Assembly: GCA_030704615.1 (NCBI GenBank)
Contig: CM060731.1
Coordinates: 72,974,001 to 73,038,000 of the forward strand
DNA length: 64,000 nucleotides
Direction of reading: 5' to 3'
Source: Takakia lepidozioides
Lineage: Eukaryota; Plantae; Bryophyta
Part shown: piece after piece, positions 27,480-38,396 of the stretch
How positions within the stretch are numbered: the first letter of the stretch is position 1
Layout of the letters: each line of letters begins with the position of its first letter
Program-made: the position numbers and the translations under genes
The notes under the pieces: model-generated
The model's database searches: none
Told to the model about the DNA's origin: nothing
What the model saw: the letters and a program-made list of their open reading frames with translations, nothing else

Positions 27480-28310
27480 CGCATTCTATTCTTTTATTGC
27501 TCGTGATCCAGGCTTCTGCCCAAATTGTCCCCAGAACGCTTCGAAATCGCTCGAACATTGTTTGTTGCAATGCCTAGTGTCAATCTCTATCTGGAATCTG
27601 GTGCTTCTGTTTTATGTTCCCTGGGATTCGAGTTGCCCTAGAACATCCTCTGTCCTATTGTCAAATTTTAAAATTTCCCTAGCGGTTTGGAGCCATTGGC
27701 TAGTCTGGACTGCCTTTGAAGCCTACACTCTCTTGACATTTGGAAGTCAAGATGCTCTATGGTATATGGAGGACAATTTCGCTATGTCAGAGCTAAGAAT
27801 TCGCTCAGACCTCATGTCTGAAGCCAGGAAAGCTTGTAATGTGTCATGTGGAGTTTTTCCCAGAAGTTCAGAAAGGAGGAGAAGGGAACTATTCGCTCGC
27901 TTTGACAACTCTTGGGCGAAGAATGGCTACCTCTGCTACAGAACCTCTGATGCCACTATTGACTAGACCGACTCCTTCCTGACGTGCTGACATTTCCATT
28001 AGCACTCGTCTCTCACCTGCAAATGGTCATGATGAATTAGACGTAAACTAGAGACATAGACGCAGATTCAAGAAAAGCAAATCCAAGGCCCAACTCTCCT
28101 TCAAGCCTTCCAAACTTACAAGGGCAACCCTTAATTCCTCATCTGTTTCCTCCTCTTTATTTGCTCTTTAGTTCTAGTAGGTTCTTCCTATTGTTATTTT
28201 TGGTTAGGGGCGGTGTCCTTTTTCTCAGCCTCCATGGCATGTCATGAGAGGTTATTTTTTCCTCCTTATCAATATAGTTTGACCTCCCTCGGCCTTTAAG
28301 AAAAAAAACA
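27480..28310 (+). mobile_element. Degraded LINE 3' fragment
   Basis: ORF contains CPNC...EHCLLQC, resembling the C-terminal zinc knuckle of LINE ORF2, followed by a UTR-like stretch and an A-tract near 28300. Confidence 0.45.
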
Positions 28311-28846
28311 TCCTAAAACCAATTTTGAGTACATTAAGGGTCCCAAATTATGGGAGGGCTATTCTCGAATTCTAGAAAAGGAGAGGATTGGAGCTGCCAA
28401 TGGGGAGGAAGGACATGGCTGTTAGAATGGAGGCCACGTGTAGAGGCTATCATAGAAGTAGGATATGTGAGACGGTGGGCCTCCTTCTACTTCTAGAGCT
28501 TTCCAAAGAATTCCACATAAATAGGATGAGGCGGTGGGCCCTTCTAGAAGGCTCCACCACCGCCTTAAGACAGATAAAGAAGGTGAGGGCTACGTCGTAG
28601 AGGGTTTCTTCCGCCTCCACCTCACTTTGGTGGGCTCTACAAGCAAGGCCCCCTTAAAAAAAAAAGTAAAGTCGGAACCTCAACCATATTCAAATGAATA
28701 GAAATGTCAACGGGGATGTATGATCAATCCCCAACAACATAAATAGATTACAAAGAATTTTCCTCCACAACTTACATTGCTATAGTACAACTGTGAATTT
28801 TTAGGCTCCATACACATACATCAATCATGATATGATACGACAATAT

Positions 28847-29620
28847 TCCTTAAGCGCCCAGTGGTCCCCGTTGACTTTTTCCAAAAATATTACCCGCCCT
28901 GTGAAAAATGACAATAATTCTCAGGAAAAAAACAATTTCAAAAAACTGACCGCACATTACCTAGCCACCTACCTCCTGCATACACCTGCCAATTTTCAGG
29001 GCAACCAGATGAGATCCAACAAAACCCCACCGTTGGAAGTGGGGCCCATTTTTGGGCCCTTGTGCAATAAAAATAGTTTCCAGGGAGCTTTTTGGAGTTG
29101 TGGGTGAGGGGATGAAGGCAGAATCTGCTCATCCTCCCTCTTACATTCGTCATCCAACAAAGCTATTTTTTTTTATCGGATTTGGCCAAGAATTGTCATG
29201 TTGATACTGGGTCAAACATGGGGTCATTTCTTATTTGGTGACGCGAAGGAATCCAATGTGGTCAGGAAACAAGGGAGGTAAGAATGCGAGAGAAAGGGGA
29301 GCCGGCCGCCAGACCCCCCGCATGCGTAACGGAAAAAAATAATTGGACACCTTCATGACACACCAGACGGTGGCCATTTGAACCCACAACCACATCCAAC
29401 GTGGTATGTGCCCATTACCACTGGGCTACATGGTGGTTGTCCGCGTAACGGCGTATCTTTGCCTTAACCTAGTGGATTCTCATCTGTCAACGGTTTTGGG
29501 CAACCCACTTGGCTCCCGAATCCACCGCACAAAAATCATGCAATTTGACCAAAATCTGAAAAAGTTATTAACTCTTGAGTAACCCACAAGGCCTGTGCGG
29601 GTCTGGTGGGCGCTTAAGGG
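28847..29620. mobile_element. Second CCCTTAAG-terminated non-autonomous TIR element
   Basis: TCCTTAAGCGCCCA (28847) and TGGGCGCTTAAGGG (to 29620), followed by TTAA. The left flank ATAT is degenerate. Confidence 0.55.
29333..29442 (-). mobile_element. Short tRNA-derived SINE-like insert
   Basis: Minus strand shows A-box-like TAGCCCAGTGG, B-box-like GGTTCAAATGG and a T-tail. Exact 9-bp flanking direct repeat GCGTAACGG (29324-29332, 29443-29451). Confidence 0.65.
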
Positions 29621-29894
29621 TTAAGTGAAGCTCATTACTGTCAACAACTTTGAAGGTGTCCACCTTTCAGCTGGAAGGCAGCAGCCCTTGTGGTGAAGAG
29701 ACACCATAAATTATGCTCCATTCGGAAGGCGTCTAAATTTTTTTTCAAAAACTTCGTCTAGACGCATATGGCTCCTCTACGCGAATAGTAAAATCTACTT
29801 TCAAGATTCATCCATAATAAACCTGAAAATTCATCCATTTATTTTTCATAAATTATTCAATAAAAAAGAGGTTATCTGAGGGAGGTATTACCTT

Positions 29895-30585
29895 GAGAAG
29901 CATATTGGGAAGTAGTTTTCAGCAAATGAGAGGAGATGAGAAGCATATTGGGACGTAGTTTTCAGCAAATGAGAGGAGACGAGCAGCATATCATGAAGTA
30001 GTTTTCAGCAAATCAGAGGAGATGCAGAAGCATATCGGGAAGTAGTTGTCAGCAAATGAGAGGAGATGGGAAGCATATGGGGAAGTAGTTCGTCAGCAAA
30101 TGAGAGGAGATGAGAAGCATATCGGGAAGTAGTTGTCAGCAAATGAGAGGAGGTGAGAAGCATATCAGGAAGTAGTTGTCAGCAAATGAGAGGAGATGAG
30201 CAGCATATCATGAAGTAGTTTTCAGCAAATCAGAGGAGATGCGAAGCATATCAGGAAGTAGTTGTCAGCAAATGAGAGGAGGTGAGAAGCATATCAGGAA
30301 GCAGTTTTCAGCAAATGAGAGGAGATGAGCAGCATATCATGAAGTAGTTTTCAGCAAATCAGAGTAGATTTGAAGCATATCAGGAAGTAGTTTTCAGCAA
30401 ATGAGAGGAGGTGAGAAGCATATCAAGAAGAAGTTTTCAGCAAATCAGAGGAGATTCGAAGCATATCAGGAAGTAGTTTTCAGCAAATGAGAGGAGGTGA
30501 GAAGCATATCAAGAAGAAGTTTTCAGCAAATGAGAGGAGATGAGAAGCATATCATGGAAGTAGTTTTCAGCAAATGAGAGGAGGT
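29895..30585 (+). repeat. Minisatellite, 16 copies of an about 43-bp unit
   Basis: Consensus GAGAAGCATATCAGGAAGTAGTTTTCAGCAAATGAGAGGAGAT, head to tail with no spacers. Confidence 0.95.
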
Positions 30586-31128
30586 AAGGCATGGGGAAGG
30601 AGGAGCAGGGGCTTAGTGATTTTTGAGTGATTTTTGACTGATGCGTAGTCTCCTCTAAGTTAGCCAACAATAAACTAGTGGAAGTACTTGAAAAAAGTTT
30701 GGGTATTATATGGTGGAGGTATTTCAGGAGGTTCCAAACTATTGAGGACTCACAGCTAAAATGTGGCTCTCCTCCACCTCCTCAGACACAATAATAGTAT
30801 ATGACGCCTCCGCAAGGAAGCGTAAAAGCTATGGTGTGTCTTGACCCGAAGAGGTGAAGAGAGCTGAGAGGCCTCGTTGGCTCACACATCCAGCAGGGGA
30901 TTCAATCAGTAAGAGGTTCAATCAGTAAGAGGCGCGGGTGGCTTCAATGCGGTGGGCCCGTTGTTTATCCACAAAAGCCCCGAACCATAACTCTACAGTA
31001 GTCCCACGATGTGCATGTCTTCGTCCTTCTGCATATCAGACGAGAATGTGGAAGAAGATAAGAAATAAGGAGATCACGTGGTGTTAACTACTCGACAATC
31101 TGGGGCGCTGCCACTGTTTTTCGTCACA

Positions 31129-34100
31129 ATGTAAGAGCAGAATGGAAGAAAATTTGGTGGTAAAGACGAAATGTATTACCTTGATTCTATTTGAGTCAGC
31201 ATAACGCAAAGGAGAGGACGAACGCTTACTGACAGTTTGAACTGTGACAGGGGAAGCGAAGGAGGAACAGGGTCAAGGCTCACCAAACCGTTCGATGTGG
31301 AAGAGTTTAGAAAGCATGCACACGCAATGGTTGATTTCATTGCTGATTATCACCGTGACATCGAGAATTTCCCAGTGCGCAGCCAAGTGAAGGTACACCA
31401 ACACTAAGGCGCTCTCATAGTCTTATATGCACATGGCTCCGGCTTCAGATACCACGTCTGGCTACTGGTTCAGGAAAGGCTGATTACATTGCAGATGCCC
31501 ACAGGAATTGGCTGGTGAAGAGGAAAACTTTTTGCATTACTTACCCGCCCTACTCTCTACTGGAAGCATGGCTATCAATTTCCCTCCAACAGTTGAGGAT
31601 AGTCTCAGCACTGTCGATATCAATGTCTACCCGTGATGCTCTGTGTATACCTAGAAGAATTATGTGGGCGTCCAGTCTAAGTTTCAATCAAAGAGCATAC
31701 TTTGTGCCCTCTTTTAACTTTCTACAACAGTTCCGACTCCGCAGAGTTGTCCTCTAGAGCTGCTACCAGATTCACTGATTTAATGGTTGTCTCTTTATCT
31801 GATTTGTGTATCTCCAGCCTGGTTATCTGCGGTCACTTTTACCTGATTGTGCTCCAGCAGAGCCAGAATCTGTGGAAGATGTCTTCTCTGGTAATTTCCT
31901 GCTATCACTAATCCCTCTTCCCACTCCTGGCTTGCTGTCATAACTCTTGCTTATCCCAGGTCCAAAAGGAGGGTATTACTGATCTGTAATATGAGCTGGC
32001 CTCAATTTGTCGACTGGGTAGTGGCTGGGAGGAATGCTGGTGTTGACTCGATACCCGCCTTCCAGTAGCCACACGTTTCTTTAGGTGTCAAGCAGGTTTG
32101 AAGTGTATTTTCCAGCATTGCCATTAAATACCAAGTTTTAGCTTCTCAGCCTGCCCATACAACTTCATGATTGTGGCATCATTTTGAAGTTTGTTACCCT
32201 GAGAATATCTCAATGCTTGATGTGTGCAGATTTGCAGAACAAGATCATGCCTGGGGTCACGCATTGGCAAAGCCCCAATTTTTTTGGCTTTTTCCCTTCC
32301 AACAGTAGCACAGCAGGTTTGCTGGGAGAGTTTCTCAGTGGTGGCTTCAGTGTGATTGGCTTCAGTTGGATTACATCCCCAGCTGCAACAGAACTGGAAA
32401 TCATTGTGCTAGACTGGCTCGGCAAGCTTTTACAGCTTCCAGATGCATTTCTGTCCTCTGGTATCTATGCCACCAACTCTCTACCTATGACATACTCGTA
32501 TGACTAATACTGGATACCCTAAGATAATTGACTCTATTTCTTGGAAGCAAGACTGTCCTATTAAACAGGCTTAAGTCCTGATAAAAAGGGTAGAAGAGGT
32601 TTTCAAGTATCTGAATATTAGCCCAGAAGAATGGACCTTGCTGGATGAAGCTGACCTGGAGTTTGCAGTGTCTAAGGCCATGTCAGATGTCCCAGGACTG
32701 TTCGATGAAAATGAAGTTGGGCCCTAAAACTTCCCAGACTGGGTGTGGACCTTCAGGATGATCTGAAAAGCCTAACCTACCCTCAGCATTAGACTAAAAT
32801 TTAAACTCAGGGCGGAAAGCATGCCTTTGAACTATACACAGATGCAGAGAGGACAAGAAGATAGTAATTGCCCAATGTGCGGGCAGCCTGAACATGGTAT
32901 CCATTTTCTGGTACATTGTCCAGGATATTCTGACCAGAGAGCGACTCTCTTCAGGAACATCAAGAACATTGTCCCTGCACCTCTGTTCACCAACTTTGAA
33001 AATCTTGAGGCGGAGCTTAAAGCCATGGCCCTGTTGCGGTCTCATTGCCCGGGCAGATCACACACATCCGGTTGATGCATGTGTGAAGGGCTTTCTAGAG
33101 GATATCTGGAAAGCCCGAACTAATTGTCTATGCCATAGTAAGTCCCACTACCAGAGTGAGTCCCTCATAAAGGAAGTGTCTGTTCCCTTTAGTTCCGCCC
33201 AAACTGGGTGCGGGGTCTATGGCCACAAGGCTACGCCAAACATCTTGTGAGTACATTCTCTACCTATCTTTATGAGGTCAGTACACTAGCTTGTTGATGA
33301 TGTGGCTGGCCATTCACAAAAAAGATGGGAATGTGAAATGGCAGGCAAGGGTGCCTTTCACAAAGGAAGTGTCTGTTCCCTTTAGTTTCGCCCAAACCGG
33401 GAGTGGGCTCTAAGTCCACACGGCTACGGCAAACAACATCTTATGAGTACATTCTCCACCTATGGTTATGAGGGCAGTGCACTAGCTTGCCTACCAGGTA
33501 GGTGTTTTGGGTGTCCACAACTCTGAACCAGCGTGACTGAAATACTCCTATTCATTTGCTATGATAGTGGGCAGTGTTGGTGATGTGGTTGGCTGTTCAC
33601 CAAAAGATGGGAGTGTGAAATGGCAGGCAAGGGTGGGGGAGTCATTCAAGGGACTGCCAGTGAGGCAGTGTTGGTAGTGATGCTGGCAGCCCGCAAGCGT
33701 GCTTTGAAAGAAGTGACCAGCACCTATGGCATATCTGAGGCTGAAGCGCTGGGTAAGCTTGTCATCTACACTTCGGATCAAGGCCATTCATGTGTGCTAA
33801 AGGCCTGCCAGGTTAGACATCTCGCACAAGAATCAATGAATCCTCCCCAGGCTCTTACTACCCCTCCCTGCTTCCTTTCCTGTACATAATCCTTCTTTCT
33901 GGTTGGACCTTAGTTGCCCCTTGTCTAACTTTTAGGTGTGATCGTATACAGGTAGCTGGCATCAACATGAACAATTTTCGACTGCTACGAACAGATGCCT
34001 CTACAAACTATGCCTTGTCACCAGAAGTGCTTGCTAAAGCTATAGTGGCTGATGTTGCAGCTGGCCTTGTGCCATTCTTTCTCACTGCATCGGTACAAAA

Positions 34101-37100
34101 CATCTAAACATCTTCTGAATTTAACTTGGTATCTGGGCCTGGATTGTCCTTCTTTTCAATAGAGGACAGGGATTCTGGCTGCTTATTGTTTAGGAGCATC
34201 CTCTTCATGACAGGATTGATGTGTTTTTCTTTCTGGTCCCTTTGCGGGTATTGACCTGCTAGTGATCGTAGCCCCAAAAGGTGCATTTCGCTGTGGATGG
34301 CCCCTATGTGATCATAAAGTCCAGTCAGTATTGCTGCACAACAACAAACTGCTAATAGCAGAAGATGTGTGAGGCAAGTGTATCTATTGGAGAGGTTAGA
34401 GTTACAAATTTCTAGATAATTTGTGCTTGGATCATGTGTTTGACTAGCTTGTATGCATGATGGGGTGTGTATTTGCAGGTTGGGACCACGTCATCAACAG
34501 CTGTGGACCCATTATCAGAACTGGGCGACATTGCTAAGGTATGTCATGTTTTCTTTTCAATGGAATATTTAATCACTAAGTTGCTGCAGGTCAAACTGCC
34601 AGGGAATCACCATCCATTAACCCATGCGATAAGCTGAGATACTCCAAAACACTTCACTTGTTTCCATGTTATATACGATCCCACTGTGTTGCAGTGAAAT
34701 GCTGTGTCAAGCCTTGACGGAGCTCCTGAAATGAGATAAAATGCACAGCAGGTTTAACTTGGATAGAATGTGCATACTTGTTCAATCCAACAATGAAGCC
34801 ATGATATGCAACAGAATCTCTTGGGGTTCTCATATTGAGCCTCTCCTCCTCTATCCATTGCAAGTTGATATGATCAGCTTACCAGCATCCCTTTGGTCAT
34901 TTTATAGCTTTCCCATCAATCCTGAGACTTCGATACTGATTTGTGGGATGGTATTGGCAGGACTATGGGATGTGGTTCCATATCGATGCAGCATTCGCAG
35001 GAAATGCATGCATCTGCCCAGAGTTTCGGCACCATCTGAACGGCATAGAGAAGGCCGACTCATACGACATGAATCCACACAAGTGGTTGCTCACCAACTT
35101 TGATTGCTCCACACTGTGGGTCAAGGTGTATCTCAATCACCTTGCCTGAACACATTACCTGGACTCCTTGCTCCTCTCTTTTGGCCCTTCCCATTCATTT
35201 CTAAACCATCACCTCAATTTTCTAAATCATCAATGGCCACAAGGCTACGGCAAACAACGTCTTATGAGTACAATCTAAACCATCACCTCAATTTTAAGTC
35301 GAGTGACCATAATTCTGCTGCACTGTTATCACGCAGTTCCCTCAATCCTCTGCTTGTCCACAGCATCTGCCTGCCTTCTGCCTGTCAATTTGGAGGAATC
35401 CAGTGACAACGTTTCAAGAACGATAGTCAGTAACTTTTCCCTAGGTTACACTTTTGTTTATCCATCCAGCAAAAGACGTTCTGATGTCCATCCATTGCAG
35501 GACTCAAGTCTGCTCGTAGCAGCTCTCTCTACCAACCCAGAGTTTTTGCGGAATAAGGTATGCATGGTGGGATGTCTTTCTGCTCCATTTCTGCTGCGTC
35601 ACCTCCTTTAAACGTTAACAGTACACTTCCTTTTGCACAGCTTTTGTGGATGAGGTGCTAGCCACTATCATGGTTGAGTTTTCTGGTTACTACCAGGAAG
35701 TGGCATAAACTCAACACGAAGATTTCTATAATGGTATATGCTGATGAATTTGAGCATAGTAATATACGTGATCTACACCCGCTGTCAGGAGCTGATGAGT
35801 CGGTGGGGTGTGATGGCAGCTTGTCACTGAATGTTAAGACTGCACTCTCTATGTTGCACTAGTTTAAGTTTGAACTTGGATCAGCAATAACGTCTTAGGT
35901 CACCTTTTTATGTGTATATGGAGTTTCTACTCAATACTGACATAAATGGACTTGGATGTGCCATGGTTTTTGCTACATGGCATTTTGATGCAGGCATCAG
36001 ATGAAAACCTGGTGGTGGATTACAAAGACTGGCAAATTCCACTAGGTCGTCGTTTCAGGTTTACATCATTATGGCCATGACTCGTAACTTCTTATTTCTC
36101 ATGCTTAAGTTGCGTCCAAGTTTTGATCCATACTCCATACTGCTTGCTGACACGGAAAGGCACAGGTTCCGCTCATTGCTTATGGATGTTCTTAAAATCC
36201 AGAAAGCCCATTTGAACGTGTACGCTCCCCCCAGTAGCTGAAATAATTTCAGGAAAGACTCTGACCCCCATCCTGACAATTGGCTAAGAATTTTTCTACA
36301 GGGCTCTAAAGCTGTGGATGGTATTGCGTCTTTATGGCGCATCAGGCTTGCGGTCTTACATCAGAGATCACATAAATATGGCCAAGTATTTTGAAGGCCT
36401 TGTGCGGGAAGATTCCAGATATGAGGTTCTTTCCTCAACATTGGCTGCCCTTTCTGCACTAACACTGACAAATCAAAAACCATAAATGCACTACGATTGT
36501 AGGTCTGGGTGGATCTACGGAGCAAATGCCATGGGTCCATGACTGGGTACTTTGTTTTTAGATTTTGTTTGCATCATGCCCCCAATCCCATGGAGCTTTC
36601 CACAAGAACAACAGACTGGAAGCTTCTTTGGACTGCTATACTGGCCCGAGTATTCTCGACTGAAAGAGGAAATAATAGGGAGTAATGTCTGCACTTGAAA
36701 TAGGAGGATATTGTTTTCTCGTGTCCCACTAATCAATCAGAACTATTTCATTTGTGTAGATATGATTAGGAAAGGGAAATAATACATCTTCGTGGGTCCG
36801 GGAGGATAGATCATGGTACCTCGAACATTTTCATTGGTGTGCTTCCGTCTCAAACCTCTTGCAAGTGATCCGGACAATGGCTACACTCTCAATTCGACTT
36901 TGGTGGAAGCTTTGAATAGCAAAGGCAGCATCTTTATTACCCACACGGTAGACTCCTCACCTTTGCAACATTGGAAATTCGAAGGCTACTAGCAAGATTT
37001 GTTCTTGGAACTGTCAAGGAGTATTTTTTACTGAATGTGACATGGCTCAGATTTGCATCGAAACCTCAGACCTTCTGGGAGCCGGTGGAGGGAGGGATAC

Positions 37101-37443
37101 AGAAAGAATGGGATAGATACGAGTCTTTGGGACCCCCAAAGTGCCCAAGGGACACGAGATTGGGAGAGAGATATAGCTACTTAAAACTCCTGGGCAGTGA
37201 GGGGGATTGGGCTTTTTCTTTCCTGTCAAAGGCAGCAGCATTTGCAAATGTACTTGTATGTTTGTGTGGTCATAGGCAATAGGCCTTGTGAAGGGACTGA
37301 GGGATGGTGGTAATATGCAGGTGTTAGGGGGTGTGTACACTGTGCGCTTTGCTGTCGGGTCTTCTCGAACAGAGTTGCAACATGTGCAAGCTGCATGGGC
37401 AACCATCCAATTGGAGGCATCTCGTCTTTTGGATGACAACTAA
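31129..37443 (+). CDS. PLP-dependent aromatic amino-acid decarboxylase family (TyDC/AAS), probably an aromatic acetaldehyde synthase
   Basis: Exons give ...[64 protein letters not shown]...MNPHKW (PLP lysine)/[24 protein letters not shown]/...VRFAVG...LLDDN*. Start inferred as AT(31129-31130)|intron|G(31251). Confidence 0.92.
32500..33130 (+). mobile_element. Degraded LINE-like fragment inside an intron of the decarboxylase gene
   Basis: [24 protein letters not shown] resembles the Cx2C...Hx4C knuckle at the end of non-LTR ORF2. Boundaries approximate. Confidence 0.5.
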
Positions 37444-38396
37444 CAGACGCTCCAAACAGAAATGTAGGCCTGTAGAACAGACATGGAGACTGTAACCTGG
37501 CAACCAGAGAGTTTTCATTAGTGTTGCACATAGCTGTTGGATCTGTTTCTAATGAAAGAGTCTCAAGGGGTCTAGTATCAGGTCCACTTCAGGTGTCTCA
37601 AACCGTCTTTCAAACTGTTCCTGCATTGAGTCCACAAATTGGGCCTTGAGACAAGAAGATCTCTTTAAAAGGAACAGACATGACAGCCGAGTTTAAGTGC
37701 AGTACGCATCTAAGGCATACTAATATGAGGGACTATGGTTGACATGTCTTAGGAGATGGCAGGTATAGACTAACATGAGGGAATATTGTACGGGTACATT
37801 TATCCCATATGCATGGGAGATGAGAAATTTATGATTACATAGAACCAGCGCCGCTACTAATTAGGGCCAAACTGCTATATACCGCGTTTATTTATTTTTG
37901 GTATGTGTCATTTATCCCAGGGTATTGTATATGGTATATAGTTTTATACGGACATAATTTATACGGACATACTCGTATAAATTAAAAAAGGAGTCTCAAA
38001 AAACTTTTCTCAACAGAAACACAAAACAGAGCGGTAACGGAAGCACGCGCACCTTAGCTAAAGGAATCAAGCGAGTTATCTCTGTAGCTAAAGGAGATCT
38101 AGCATCACAGTAGCAGCGTGGGAAAGCTTCTCGTCTCTCGCTCTCAGGGTCAATGGCTCGTCTGGTGCAGTCTAGAGTTCGGATTGCTGTTCCGCAAGTG
38201 CTGAGAATCGATCACAATTTTGAGTGTTTTCCAAAAGTCTTGTTTTTCTGAACGACAATTGAGAGAGAAGTAGAGTCCAAAATTGTGTTGATATACATAT
38301 GTGTGGATTGTGATTGTGGTTGAGGTACGTGGATTTTGAAGTTGTGCGAGGTTGTTGTTTGTGGAAGGACTACGACGTAGTTGAAAGAAGAGAGAG

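Noticed and set aside
29895-30585. CRISPR-like appearance of the regular repeat array
   Set aside because: Units are contiguous with no unique spacers, there are no cas genes, and the context is eukaryotic; it is a minisatellite.
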